In this document: in pieces, positions 1 through 10,670 of the stretch
How positions within the stretch are numbered: position 1 is the first letter of the stretch
Layout: every line of letters begins with the position of its first letter
From: an uncultured Erysipelotrichaceae bacterium
Lineage (GTDB): Bacteria; Bacillota_I; Bacilli_A; RF39; UBA660
Length of the DNA: 61,170 nt
Assembly (NCBI GenBank): GCA_902801685.1
Contig: CADCIZ010000003.1
Location: 1-61,170, forward strand
Direction of reading: 5' to 3'
Position numbers and translations under genes: made by a program
Notes under the pieces: generated by a model
The model's input: the letters and a program-made list of their open reading frames with translations, nothing else
Database searches by the model: none
Told to the model about the DNA's origin: nothing

Positions 1-101
1 ATCCACAGGCGAGAGTTATTATAACTCAAAAAAATATAAATAGAAAGGATCAATCAAATAGATTAAAACTTCTATAAGATTGATTATACGAGGATGATAC
101 T

Positions 102-428
102 ATGAATAAAAAACTACCTAAGGTATTTCAAAATAAAATAGATAAAGATGTTAGTAACAACAATAAATTCTATTATAGCGTGAATAAAACAAATGAAAGT
201 GATGTTAAAGAAAATCTAAACAAGAAAGAAATTAAGCCTAAAAATATCAATAAGAAAATTAATGAAATATTTGCATCACCTACCTATGTATATAAAGCAA
301 ATGTTGAGATTACTACCAAAGATTCCACCATCACTACAAAAGTAATAGGAAGAAATAAAAGTTACTTAATTACTATGGATAATAAAACTATACCTATAGA
401 TAATATCATTGATATAAAATTAAAATAG
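102..428 (+). CDS. hypothetical small protein
   Basis: 108-aa ORF. The ATG follows a GAGGA Shine-Dalgarno (acGAGGAtgatactATG). No recognisable motif. Confidence 0.5.
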   Translation: MNKKLPKVFQNKIDKDVSNNNKFYYSVNKTNESDVKENLNKKEIKPKNINKKINEIFASPTYVYKANVEITTKDSTITTKVIGRNKSYLITMDNKTIPIDNIIDIKLK

Positions 429-454
429 CTAACTATCTAGCTATTTATTTTGTA

Positions 455-1024
455 TTAATAATCAGTTATAGTAATCTTATTTATATATCCTTTAGAGTCA
501 TAGTCCATAGATACTTCATATTTTTTAAAATCATCAAATTGTTTCTTTAAAGCAGTAACTTCATCAGAATTTGAAGTATTTGTACCATTATATGAAACTA
601 TAATTATATGATTTTTATTAGTTTTTAGTGATTTAGTAACTTCAGTTAGTAAACTATTAACTTGCGAACCACTTTGTGTCCCTATATACCAATCAAAAGT
701 CTGATTAAAATATGTTATTTCATGCTTTTTTGCATCATTATTAAAATCACTGCGCATTCCAATCATTTTTACAAAAACAAAACCAATGAATCCAAATACA
801 AATAGCATCATAATAATATAGAATATTAAATAACCAATACCAATTCTCTTAGCATATTTTAATCCTTTTTTAGCACCCATTTTTATTTTTTCTTGATTAT
901 CTTTATCATTAACATAATTTTTAAATTGGCCTTTTAATCCTTCATTAATACTATTATCAACATATTTCTCATCCTCTGGAACATATTCGTCTTGAATTCC
1001 TACATATTGTCCATCTTTTTTCAT
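455..1024 (-). CDS. hypothetical membrane protein (single central TM helix)
   Basis: 189-aa ORF. Hydrophobic stretch IGYLIFYIIMMLFVFGFIGFVFV. RBS aggaggaa lies upstream of the ATG at 1024. Confidence 0.6.
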   Translation of the reverse strand: MKKDGQYVGIQDEYVPEDEKYVDNSINEGLKGQFKNYVNDKDNQEKIKMGAKKGLKYAKRIGIGYLIFYIIMMLFVFGFIGFVFVKMIGMRSDFNNDAKKHEITYFNQTFDWYIGTQSGSQVNSLLTEVTKSLKTNKNHIIIVSYNGTNTSNSDEVTALKKQFDDFKKYEVSMDYDSKGYINKITITDY

Positions 1025-1039
1025 AAATTTAATTCCTCC

Positions 1040-1360
1040 TTATTCAATTACAACAGCAGTACCACTTACTGTAACCATTAACATAGAACCATTAGGTCCA
1101 ATAGTTTCTGTATCTACTTTAACTCCAACTATCGCGTTAGCACCTATTTTTGATGCTCTATCCATCATTTCTTTAATTGCATCTGCACGTGCATTTACAA
1201 CTTCTTCTTCATATTCTTCTACTCTACCACCAGTAAAATTAGTAATACTTGCACCAAAGTCTTTTAGAAAGTCAATACCACTTATAGCCTCACCGAATAT
1301 TACTCCCATATACTTTTTTATTATTTTACCTTCTAATGTAGGGGTTGTTGATATAATCAT
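1040..1360 (-). CDS. YbjQ/UPF0145 family protein
   Basis: 106 aa with the typical YbjQ pattern: TT..LEG..I..Y.G.I.GE...G...FKD..A...N..GGR...YE......R..A...M...A...GANAIVG...D. Confidence 0.85.
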   Translation of the reverse strand: MIISTTPTLEGKIIKKYMGVIFGEAISGIDFLKDFGASITNFTGGRVEEYEEEVVNARADAIKEMMDRASKIGANAIVGVKVDTETIGPNGSMLMVTVSGTAVVIE

Positions 1361-1432
1361 ATAATCACCTCCCGCTTATCTAACTGTACTAATATTATCA
1401 TAATTAAAATGTATTTGCAAATTAAAAAGGCA

Positions 1433-2830
1433 TTATTTTACTAATACCTTCACATCATCTACGTTATACCAACCTTCACCAATATTTTGCGTTACATTAT
1501 CTAAGCAATATGCAATAACATCATATTTTAATTTTTTAAGTTCAGCAATTTTTTCTTTATTATCATTTGATATAAGTTCAGTATCTCCCTCGCTATTTTT
1601 ATAGTATATAAGTGAAACTTCCCTTTCATCACTAATAGGATAATACGTAGTCATACTATTCTCTTTATTATAAGCATCAGTTGCATTAATATAAATGTCA
1701 TTTGTTGCAGATACTTTTGTTCCTATTGTAATTTCTTTATTATCTTCTTTTTCATCTATTTCAGCATCTATATTGCTATTAAAACTATTTGATGGCTGGG
1801 CATATTCTATTTCATTATCAACAGAATTTGATGTAATATCCTCAATAATATTTTTCTCTATATTAACTTTAACATCTTCATTAACACTATCAATTGTAGA
1901 TATACTTTTACTATTTATATTATCACTAATCTTTTTATCATAACCTGCAGTTATTGTAGATATTCCAATCATAGTAATACCTGCAAGTAATCCAGCAATA
2001 ACTTTACCAATATTCTTTTTTAATGATTTTTTTATCTTGCCCCATTTAGATGCTTTTCTTATTTTAGTAATTTTATGATTTTTCTTTTTATTTGACTTAT
2101 AATCATTAAAACAAATAAAATCACTATAATCATTATTTTCACTAATATCATAATCAATCAAAGCCTTTTTATCATCTTTAATTGAAGACATAAATATAAA
2201 ATCATTTGTATCTACTTCTTTGTAATCTTCATCTGTTTTCAATTTATTATTCTTTTTTAAATCAGTCTTATAATAATTTTCAATATCTAATAACTTATTA
2301 TACTCTTTTTTTAGTTTATTAGTATCTATATTAACATTTATATCTTTATAATCATAAAAAACTATACTATATAACTTATTCTTAAAATCACTTATTTTAT
2401 TTATATCCTCTATATTTTTTTCTTCATATATAATATCATAATTATACTGTTTTATAGTCTTATTAATACTATCTAAGTTACCATTATAATATTGAATATC
2501 TGATAATAATTCATTTAACTTATTCTTTTTTAAGAATACTTGATTTAATGCTGTCCCATATGCATTTATTAGCATCCTATAATTAGAAAGTGTTTTTTTA
2601 AAATATTCTTTATCACTAGCTAATGTATTATAATCATCTTTACTTTTCGATTTTTTTATTTCTTCATCAGATAAAGATACTAATTGTTCCATTAAATATA
2701 TTTCTTCTTTAATATTAATAATCTTAGATCTTAATGATTCGATTTTTTCATCATATATATTACTGATATCACTATTTATACTTATACGATATGAAAATTC
2801 TTTTACATTCAAATATTTTAATTCTTCCAT
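1433..2830 (-). CDS. hypothetical coiled-coil membrane protein
   Basis: 465-aa ORF. Lys/Glu/Asn-rich N-terminal half, one TM helix (VIAGLLAGITMIGISTITAG), and an extracytoplasmic C-terminal domain. Confidence 0.65.
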   Translation of the reverse strand: MEELKYLNVKEFSYRISINSDISNIYDEKIESLRSKIINIKEEIYLMEQLVSLSDEEIKKSKSKDDYNTLASDKEYFKKTLSNYRMLINAYGTALNQVFLKKNKLNELLSDIQYYNGNLDSINKTIKQYNYDIIYEEKNIEDINKISDFKNKLYSIVFYDYKDINVNIDTNKLKKEYNKLLDIENYYKTDLKKNNKLKTDEDYKEVDTNDFIFMSSIKDDKKALIDYDISENNDYSDFICFNDYKSNKKKNHKITKIRKASKWGKIKKSLKKNIGKVIAGLLAGITMIGISTITAGYDKKISDNINSKSISTIDSVNEDVKVNIEKNIIEDITSNSVDNEIEYAQPSNSFNSNIDAEIDEKEDNKEITIGTKVSATNDIYINATDAYNKENSMTTYYPISDEREVSLIYYKNSEGDTELISNDNKEKIAELKKLKYDVIAYCLDNVTQNIGEGWYNVDDVKVLVK

Positions 2831-2984
2831 CCTAATCCCCTCAACGAGTACATATTATAACATTTTTTTAATTAATTGCAAATTGAAATAGCAAAATTTA
2901 ATAAGAAGAATTATATTTACAAAATAATTACCAATATGTTAGAATAACTTTACAAGATTTTTATGAAATAACTAAGGAGGAAAT

Positions 2985-4178
2985 ATGAAATTACCAAATT
3001 ATAATTATCACTCTCACACATACAGATGTGGACATGCTACATTTGTTAATGATAAAGAATATATAGATAAATATATTAAAAATGGTTTTAAAAATATTGG
3101 AATATCAGATCATATGCCTAATACTAAATATCAGTTGCCTGATGAAAGAAGCAGAATGGATATAAATCACTTTAATTCCTACATAAAGAGTATTAAAAAA
3201 ATAAGTAAACGTAATAGAAATATCAATATACTAATTGGTTTAGAGTGTGAATATTCTAATATACTAGCTAAACATTTATGTATGTTAAAAGATAAATGTG
3301 ATTACTTAATACTAGGTCAACACTATATAGACAATATTAATCCTATATCAAATATAGAATATCCTTTAATATATGCAGAAAGTGTATGTGATGCACTCGA
3401 TACAGGATTGTTTGATTATATAGCTCATCCTGATTACTTTTTAAAGTACCGTGATACTATAAAAAAAGAAGATAGGGATGCTTATATTTCTAACTGTAAG
3501 AAATGTTTTAAAACGATATGTATCAAAGCAAAAAAACTTAATATTCCATTAGAAATAAATCTAAACTTTATAAACAATGTTAAAATCATGGAAGATAACG
3601 AGTATCCTTATCCACATAGTTTATTATTCGATATTGCAAGTAAAATAGGTAATAAATGTGTAATAGGAATTGATGCCCATAATCCAAATGTTATTGCAAA
3701 GTATAAAGATTCATTTTATAAAGTACTAAGAGATTTACCTAAATTAGATATCATTTATGATTATAATCCTATTAAATATAGAACTAAACTACTAGATAAA
3801 AAATATAATATATTTAAAAAAAATATTAAAAGTTTTGAATACTTTTACTTAAAGAAAATAATAAAAAGAATTCCTTATAATTCAAATAACGAAGAGATAA
3901 TAAATATGTTTAATAAATTAAAAATTAATCTTTCTAATAATAAAAATATAATTATTAACCAGCTATTAAAAGAAATTGATACGATTAATAATTCCATTCT
4001 AGATATCAAAGATAAAAATAGTATGATTAATAGAAAGAAGGAATATATTAAGCTTACTGAGAAAAGATATAAAGAACAAGACAAATTATTAACAAATATG
4101 ATAAAGATACTAAATAAAAATAAATATAAATACAATGGTCAAAAATTAATAAAGAGATTAAAAGAATACTACTTATAA
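2985..4178 (+). CDS. PHP-domain phosphoesterase (HisJ/histidinol-phosphatase family) with a long Lys/Asn-rich C-terminal extension
   Basis: N-terminal YHSHTYRCGHA metal-binding motif, then ISDH and AHPDY. Strong RBS aaggagga. Confidence 0.75.
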   Translation: MKLPNYNYHSHTYRCGHATFVNDKEYIDKYIKNGFKNIGISDHMPNTKYQLPDERSRMDINHFNSYIKSIKKISKRNRNINILIGLECEYSNILAKHLCMLKDKCDYLILGQHYIDNINPISNIEYPLIYAESVCDALDTGLFDYIAHPDYFLKYRDTIKKEDRDAYISNCKKCFKTICIKAKKLNIPLEINLNFINNVKIMEDNEYPYPHSLLFDIASKIGNKCVIGIDAHNPNVIAKYKDSFYKVLRDLPKLDIIYDYNPIKYRTKLLDKKYNIFKKNIKSFEYFYLKKIIKRIPYNSNNEEIINMFNKLKINLSNNKNIIINQLLKEIDTINNSILDIKDKNSMINRKKEYIKLTEKRYKEQDKLLTNMIKILNKNKYKYNGQKLIKRLKEYYL

Positions 4179-5738
4179 ATTGAGATAAGTAATATTCTTT
4201 TTATTATCCTTAACAATTTCTTTAAAGAATATTGACGGATTATTTAACTTTAATAAATATACTTCATTTTTTGATCTAGTAAGACTAACATAGAATAATC
4301 TTCTTTCTTCTGCATATTCATAATATTCTTTTGGATACACATAATCTATTATATCTGGATTCTTTATCTTATTTGGAAAACCTAAATCAGAATCATCTAA
4401 ATTAACAATAATTACACAATCAGCCTCCAACCCTTTTGCCGAGTGTACTGTTTTATATTCAATTTTATTATTATACATATTTGTAATTTTTTCAATCCTA
4501 TTTAAATTAATATATTTCTCTATATCTTTATTATTTCTACCTAATATAAGTATATTTCTTTTATTATTACTTAAACATACCAATAATTTATCTAAATTAT
4601 TATCATCAATAACAATAATTGGTTTAAGTATAGATTTGTAAGAAACTATATCTTTTCTAATTTGACTTTTATTCTTCATAATAAATTTACAAGATATATC
4701 TACAATCTCTTTACAGCACCTATAATTATTCTTTAAATATATAACTTTTGAATAGTTATTCTTAAATAAGTTTAAGTAGCATTCTAAATTACTTCCAGAA
4801 AAGCCATATATAGATTGATAATCATCACCTACTACTAATAATTTAGAAGAAGTATTATCTACTACTCTGTTTAACAATTTCATTCTAACTTTAGATATAT
4901 CTTGAAACTCATCTACTATTATATACTTATATTTTAATGAACAATTATCAACATAATCCGCTGCCTTACCAATTAACAAATTCAAATCTATTTCATATTT
5001 TGAATCTAATTCACTACTATATAAGTAATAAATATCAATTATCACTGATACTAACTTTTTATACTTTTTTATCTTCAAGAAATCTTTTATCTCTTTACCA
5101 TTAACTATAAATAATTCAATAAACTTTTTAATTGTATATTTTAAATAATCAAAATAACCATTATTTAGATAATATTCATATTTATTAACATTAACTTTAT
5201 CTATTAGATTAACTAGTTTCTTTTTGGTTTTATTACTATGAATTGCAATACCTAAAAAATATTCATTTATAACATAAGATAAATAGTTGTTATTAATTTT
5301 ATATTTATCACCTATTATATTTAAAGCCAATTTGTGAAAAGTCATAACATCTATATTATATTTAAGTCTATTTTTTAAATTATCTACTGCTTCATTTGTA
5401 AAAGATAAACATAGTATTTCATCTTCTTTAATATTACAATTATCAATAAGATAGTTAATCTTACCTACTATTAAAGATGTTTTACCAGAACCTGCTCCAG
5501 CTACTACTAAAGTTATTAATTCATCTGTATATATTGCTTTTAATTGCTCTTTATCTAATGAATAATTATTTACCTTTATTTTATTATTACACTTATCATT
5601 TACATATTTAGTATTATAGTAGTCTATAAACTTATTTAGTTTATAAACAAGTAAATAATTAAATAGTATAAATTTATACTTATATCTATTTAAATACAAG
5701 GCAATTATTACTATTCTTTTATTATAATCAATATACAT
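4173..5738 (-). CDS. UvrD/Rep superfamily 1 helicase (helicase IV / HelD-like)
   Basis: Walker A AGAGSGKT; IIVDEFQD (motif II); VVGDDYQSIYGF; NYRC; VHSAKGLEAD; RRLFYVSLTRSK. The N-terminal start is uncertain. Confidence 0.85.
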   Translation of the reverse strand: MYIDYNKRIVIIALYLNRYKYKFILFNYLLVYKLNKFIDYYNTKYVNDKCNNKIKVNNYSLDKEQLKAIYTDELITLVVAGAGSGKTSLIVGKINYLIDNCNIKEDEILCLSFTNEAVDNLKNRLKYNIDVMTFHKLALNIIGDKYKINNNYLSYVINEYFLGIAIHSNKTKKKLVNLIDKVNVNKYEYYLNNGYFDYLKYTIKKFIELFIVNGKEIKDFLKIKKYKKLVSVIIDIYYLYSSELDSKYEIDLNLLIGKAADYVDNCSLKYKYIIVDEFQDISKVRMKLLNRVVDNTSSKLLVVGDDYQSIYGFSGSNLECYLNLFKNNYSKVIYLKNNYRCCKEIVDISCKFIMKNKSQIRKDIVSYKSILKPIIVIDDNNLDKLLVCLSNNKRNILILGRNNKDIEKYINLNRIEKITNMYNNKIEYKTVHSAKGLEADCVIIVNLDDSDLGFPNKIKNPDIIDYVYPKEYYEYAEERRLFYVSLTRSKNEVYLLKLNNPSIFFKEIVKDNKKNITYLNL

Positions 5739-5792
5739 ATTACCACCTATAATATATATACAACAAAACTTTTTAAATTCCTTCTTTCTAAG

Positions 5793-5816
5793 AAAAAAAT
5801 CAACCTTTTCGGTTAA
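5793..5816 (-). terminator. rho-independent terminator after rubrerythrin
   Basis: Minus strand reads UUAACC-GAAAA-GGUUGA followed by UUUUUUUC. Confidence 0.6.
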
Positions 5817-5819
5817 TTT

Positions 5820-6359
5820 TTAATAATTTTCTTTCTTAATTTCAAAGTATGATTGTGGATGATTACATACCGGACATACTTTTGGAGCAGATGAACCAAT
5901 TACAATATGTCCGCAATTACGGCATTGCCATATTCTATCACCATCACGTGAGAACACTAATTCTCCTTTGACATTCTCAAGTAATTTTCTAAATCTTTCT
6001 TCATGATGTTTTTCAATATTTCCTACACTCTCAAATAGAAATGCAATACGGTCATATCCTTCTTCTTTTGCAGTTTTAGCAAACTCATCATACATATCTG
6101 TCCATTCGTAGTTTTCACCTTCAGCAGCAGCAAGTAAGTTGTCCTCTGTACTAGGAATACTACCGCCATTTAATTCTTTAAACCACATCTTAGCATGTTC
6201 TTTCTCATTATTTGCTGATTCTTCAAATATTTCTGCAATTTGTTCATAACCATCTTTTCTTGCCTTGCTTGCAAAATATGTATATTTATTACGAGCCTGG
6301 CTTTCTCCAGCAAATGCAGTTTGTAAATTTTTATATGTTTTACTTTCTTTAAATTCCAT
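5820..6359 (-). CDS. rbr: rubrerythrin
   Basis: [29 protein letters not shown] ferritin-like N-domain with EE.EH motifs, plus a C-terminal rubredoxin-like CRNCG...CPVC. The internal ATG at 6359 with GGAGGA RBS is preferred over the ORF-track start at 6413. Confidence 0.92.
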   Translation of the reverse strand: MEFKESKTYKNLQTAFAGESQARNKYTYFASKARKDGYEQIAEIFEESANNEKEHAKMWFKELNGGSIPSTEDNLLAAAEGENYEWTDMYDEFAKTAKEEGYDRIAFLFESVGNIEKHHEERFRKLLENVKGELVFSRDGDRIWQCRNCGHIVIGSSAPKVCPVCNHPQSYFEIKKENY

Positions 6360-6416
6360 ATATATCCTCCTTCTAACCAACTTAATTATAGTAAATATTA
6401 AACCAGATTTCAAGTA

Positions 6417-9290
6417 CTAATTACATACCTGTCTCTTAGATGTATTATATTCATTATAACAGTAAGCTCCATCTCTTATACCACCTTTAGGACAGCTTTC
6501 CTTATTAGAACCATACTGTCTCTTAGCAGCCTTCTTACATTTATTACCATCTAACCATTCACCATTACTAGAATTACAATTTGCATAGATTTTTCTATTC
6601 CACTTATCAGTATATAGATATGTTGCAGAATATACACAATATCCATCTTTAGTGTTAGTGAATCCTTTTTCACATTTATAAACAGTCTTCTTAGCCTCAT
6701 ATAATTTTTCATGGCAATATGCTGTTGGTCCTGATCCAACAATTGAACCTCTTGTACAATAATACTCTGTAGAACATGCATTCTTTTTCCAAACAGCATA
6801 CATCGTAACTACTTGTCCTGCTGGAACAGTTTTCGCAACTTTAGCTCCATTTGAATATGGATCTTTACCAAAAGAGCATTTTGCTTGTACCATCCAAGTA
6901 GAATTTTGATGACTAGGATCTGTATAACATAACCATTCATTTCCCTTTTTAGCATACCATTCTTTAAACTTATAACCAGACTTACTAAAACTGTTGCTTT
7001 TCAATTTCGTAGGTACACCATAGATTATTTTTTGTTCAGACATTGAACCATAACCACCATTGGCATCATATCTTACAGTAAATGAATTTGTTTTCCATTG
7101 AGCAACCATCTTTACATATCTTCCAGGATTTGCTGTTTTTGCAACATACTCTTGATTACTATATATTACATAACCGAAATTACACTTAGAAATACTCATC
7201 CATTCTGTTCTTTGTTTTCCTGGATCTGTATAGCATAACCAAGTACCATCATCTCTTTGAGCATGCCAACCTATAAAATTATATCCTGATCTTGTAAACT
7301 TATTAGCAAATAATTTCGTAGATACACCATAGGTTATCTTCTGATCACTCATCGTACCAGTACCACCGCCAGAATAGTATTTTACGGTAAACTGAGATGA
7401 TTTCCACTGTGCATGCATTGTTACTGATGTTCCAACTGGAGCTGTCTGTGCTACCTTTTCTCCATCATTGTATTTTACATAGCCAAAATTATTACACGTA
7501 TTTTTATTTGTCCAAGCCGTTCTTTGTTTTCCCGGATCTGTATAACACAACCAGGTGCCATTCTGTCTTTGAGCATACCATCCATCAAATATATATCCAT
7601 TCTTTTTAAAGTTATTTAATCTAAGCGAAGTAGATTTTCCATATTCAATTGTTTGACTACCCATAATTCCTGTTACTCCTGTTGCAGAATAGTTAACAGT
7701 AAAAGAATTTAATTCCCACTGAGCATACATCGTAACACTCTCATTTACATTAACAAGTTTTAATAATTTTTCTCCTTTTGCAAACTTTACATAACCATTT
7801 TTTTTACAAACACTTTCATTTTTCCATTCTTTTAAACTCTTGTTACTATTTGTATAACAATACCATAAATTATCATTTCTTAAAGCATGATATCCTGCAA
7901 ATTTATAGTACTGTTTTTTAGGAGTTATATTAGATAAATTAAAATATTCATTATAATTAACAATTTGATTGTTAATGCTAGTATTGCTATTAGTTTTATA
8001 ATAAACCGTGTATTGACCAGAAACATTATTACTTGAAGTATTATTCTTTTCCCATACAGCCTTTAATAGAACACTAGAACCATATGGAATATATGCAAGC
8101 GTTCCACCATCCCTTAATATGAGAGCATTAGTAATACTACATTCTACATTTGGAACACTTAATTCCAAATATTTTTTATCACATTTTTGAATATCATAAT
8201 ATTTACTATCAGATTTATATGTATAAACATTCCATCCTTTAAAAGTGTATCCTGTCCTCACAATTTGTCCATTATTAGCTTTTATAATGGTATTTTTGTA
8301 AAACTGAAAAGTACTATCAGATGCTTTATCACCAGCATTTTGAACATCAATACTACCAATACCACCATTGGCATCATACATAATAGTCAAAGGAATACTG
8401 TGTGATTTCCATTGTGGATATATTGTAAAAACTTGACCAATTTTATTATTAAAATATAAATAGTCTGAGATGAGTGGTTCATCGATAAAAGAATGAAAAG
8501 TTGTTGATAAATCATTCGGATCATTAACTTCAGTGTTAACTGTTGTAACCCATTTTTTTGTATCATTATCATAGATTTTCCAACCATCAAATTTATATCC
8601 ATCTTTGTAATAATCACAATTCGGAAGACTAATAGTAGTAGTTAATGTACTAATTTCAATCGGATACATATATCCACTTGTTGCACCATTAGAATCAAAA
8701 TTAATCGTTCTTTTACCTTCCCACATTGCAATAAGAACTAATGTGTCCCCAGGTCTTACAAATTCAAAATCTTTTTCAAGACCATTAATAATACTAGAAA
8801 GTGAAGAACAATCTTTAATAATTGCAATTTCTTCGACTTGCTTCTTATTACCCATATTATATATAAATGAATCATCATAATAATATCTTTTTTCTTTATC
8901 ATCATCAATTACATTACCATGACTATCCGTAGAACCATAAAAAACCCATAAATATTTTTTTAATCTTTTATTATAAATAGCCCAGCCAAAAAAATTGGAA
9001 TCATTATAAGGACCTTTAAATGTATTTTTTTTAACAGCATCAGTAGAATTTATCTCCACTGTCTGCGGAGTCATACTTCCACTTCCTCCATTAGGATTAA
9101 ACTCAATAGAAATTGTATTATTAGTATCAGCTGTAACTGAATTTCCCATTAGTTTGTTTAAACCACCCATGGCAAACAATACTACACCAATAATAATTAA
9201 TAAAATTGGAATTATAACTATCAATATTCTTTTAATTTTTGTATCATTTTTATCTGGTTTTATACCAATATAATTTTTCTTTTTAAACAT
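6417..9290 (-). CDS. N-terminally membrane-anchored surface protein with about 7 Listeria-Bacteroides (InlB B-repeat/Flg_new-like) repeats and a Cys-rich C-terminal module
   Basis: 957 aa. TM helix at residues 22-41. Repeats of about 100 aa fit F.V.Y..NGG.G.M..Q.I.YG....L..N.F...GY.F.GW..., each closing with a W(K/E) motif. The last 120 aa contain 14 Cys. Confidence 0.8.
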   Translation of the reverse strand: MFKKKNYIGIKPDKNDTKIKRILIVIIPILLIIIGVVLFAMGGLNKLMGNSVTADTNNTISIEFNPNGGSGSMTPQTVEINSTDAVKKNTFKGPYNDSNFFGWAIYNKRLKKYLWVFYGSTDSHGNVIDDDKEKRYYYDDSFIYNMGNKKQVEEIAIIKDCSSLSSIINGLEKDFEFVRPGDTLVLIAMWEGKRTINFDSNGATSGYMYPIEISTLTTTISLPNCDYYKDGYKFDGWKIYDNDTKKWVTTVNTEVNDPNDLSTTFHSFIDEPLISDYLYFNNKIGQVFTIYPQWKSHSIPLTIMYDANGGIGSIDVQNAGDKASDSTFQFYKNTIIKANNGQIVRTGYTFKGWNVYTYKSDSKYYDIQKCDKKYLELSVPNVECSITNALILRDGGTLAYIPYGSSVLLKAVWEKNNTSSNNVSGQYTVYYKTNSNTSINNQIVNYNEYFNLSNITPKKQYYKFAGYHALRNDNLWYCYTNSNKSLKEWKNESVCKKNGYVKFAKGEKLLKLVNVNESVTMYAQWELNSFTVNYSATGVTGIMGSQTIEYGKSTSLRLNNFKKNGYIFDGWYAQRQNGTWLCYTDPGKQRTAWTNKNTCNNFGYVKYNDGEKVAQTAPVGTSVTMHAQWKSSQFTVKYYSGGGTGTMSDQKITYGVSTKLFANKFTRSGYNFIGWHAQRDDGTWLCYTDPGKQRTEWMSISKCNFGYVIYSNQEYVAKTANPGRYVKMVAQWKTNSFTVRYDANGGYGSMSEQKIIYGVPTKLKSNSFSKSGYKFKEWYAKKGNEWLCYTDPSHQNSTWMVQAKCSFGKDPYSNGAKVAKTVPAGQVVTMYAVWKKNACSTEYYCTRGSIVGSGPTAYCHEKLYEAKKTVYKCEKGFTNTKDGYCVYSATYLYTDKWNRKIYANCNSSNGEWLDGNKCKKAAKRQYGSNKESCPKGGIRDGAYCYNEYNTSKRQVCN

Positions 9291-9309
9291 AAATACTCCC
9301 TAATTATTA

Positions 9310-9780
9310 TTACTTTTTCCAATCAGCATATAAATATACAACACTTCCTGGTTCAACAAGATTATAAATATATACATTATCTTTATATAATACATAGCCA
9401 TATTTATTACAGTAACTCTGATTCGTCCATGCAAAATTTGTTTTAGTATTATCTATATAACACATCCAATTATTATCACTTCTTTTTACACGCCATCCAT
9501 TAAATGAATAACCATCGAGTGTAAAATGATTTTTCTTTAATTGGACTGATTTACCATAGATAACCCTCTGATCATCCATTTTACCAGTTCCGGTATTACT
9601 GTTGTATTTAATTAAATAACTATCTTTAGATACTGAATTACCCATAAGTTCAGGAGTAATTCCAATTGTTAACATCAAAACAAGTGCACCTAGTGATACA
9701 ATTGTTATTTTTACTGGAGTTAAATGTAAATTTTTTCTACCACCAATAGTTTTTACTTTCTTCTTATTATCTTCTTTCAT
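9310..9780 (-). CDS. N-anchored single-repeat paralogue of the 957-aa protein
   Basis: 156 aa. One TM helix, then one repeat (IKYNSNTGTGKMDDQRVIYGKSVQLKKNHFTLDGYSFNGWRVKRSDNNWMCY...CNKYGYV...YADWKK). Confidence 0.75.
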   Translation of the reverse strand: MKEDNKKKVKTIGGRKNLHLTPVKITIVSLGALVLMLTIGITPELMGNSVSKDSYLIKYNSNTGTGKMDDQRVIYGKSVQLKKNHFTLDGYSFNGWRVKRSDNNWMCYIDNTKTNFAWTNQSYCNKYGYVLYKDNVYIYNLVEPGSVVYLYADWKK

Positions 9781-9796
9781 ATATATCCTTTCTTAT

Positions 9797-10030
9797 TTAC
9801 TTATTTACATTATTATAATAATACATTTCTGATAGTTCTAGTGAAACATTTTCTAACTCATCATTACTAGAAGAATTTAAAATATTCTCAAGATAATAAA
9901 TAAGTTCATGATTACTTTTAAATTTAGTAACATCAATACCATTTTTATTAAGAATATCCATTTGATAATCTGTTAAAACTAGATTCCCAACTTGTTTATA
10001 ATAGTTGTCTTCACTAATCATTATTACCAC
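9797..10030 (-). CDS. hypothetical small acidic protein
   Basis: 77-aa ORF packed within the operon, overlapping the upstream gene by 17 nt. No motif recognised. Confidence 0.45.
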   Translation of the reverse strand: MVIMISEDNYYKQVGNLVLTDYQMDILNKNGIDVTKFKSNHELIYYLENILNSSSNDELENVSLELSEMYYYNNVNK

Positions 10031-10658
10031 CTAACTGTATTATCTTGTATACTCTTACACTTTCTTTTGGAAATGTATTATTTTTTTTATCATATTTTTT
10101 AAATCTATGACTTAGTATTACAAATCCTAAAAGTATATAAAGTGATGAAAACAATGCCATTGAAATCTGTAAAAGAGTTAATATTGTTGAATCTGAATAT
10201 AATTTAACCTCACTTGTTATATCTATTTTTTCACTTGAAATAATTCCTATTATCATAATAAATATAAAATCAACTATAATAGTTATTATACTAGCAATGA
10301 TTTTACTACTTTTATAAACTTTCTTACTTATTACGTGATATATAAATGTCGCATTAATAATTATAAGCATAATTATATAAATACCTAAATTAGGAAAGTA
10401 TAGTGCTTTTAATAATATTTCTATAAAAGAATCTATTACTTTTAATATAATATTAAAGTACTTTATAACAAAGAAAGTAATCAAAAATATTCCACTTACT
10501 ATATAGATAATCTTACTAAATTTTTTATGCTTTTTAATATCAATAATCATAAACACAATAAGTAATAATCCAACAAGTGCATATGCAATAAAAAAAGGTG
10601 TAGAAACAGCAGTACTAAAAAATAGTTTAATTTTTTCAACTATAGATAAATCTGCCAT
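10014..10658 (-). CDS. hypothetical polytopic membrane protein
   Basis: 214 aa with about 6 hydrophobic helices. Lies directly downstream of the sortase. Confidence 0.6.
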   Translation of the reverse strand: MADLSIVEKIKLFFSTAVSTPFFIAYALVGLLLIVFMIIDIKKHKKFSKIIYIVSGIFLITFFVIKYFNIILKVIDSFIEILLKALYFPNLGIYIIMLIIINATFIYHVISKKVYKSSKIIASIITIIVDFIFIMIIGIISSEKIDITSEVKLYSDSTILTLLQISMALFSSLYILLGFVILSHRFKKYDKKNNTFPKESVRVYKIIQLGGNND

Positions 10659-10670
10659 TTTTTCACCTTC

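Noticed and set aside
4173-4178. Considered whether the PHP phosphoesterase and the UvrD-like helicase form a functional (defence-like) pair.
   Set aside because: The genes are convergent, with overlapping stops, so they are not co-transcribed. Both families are common housekeeping genes. The sequence gives no further support.
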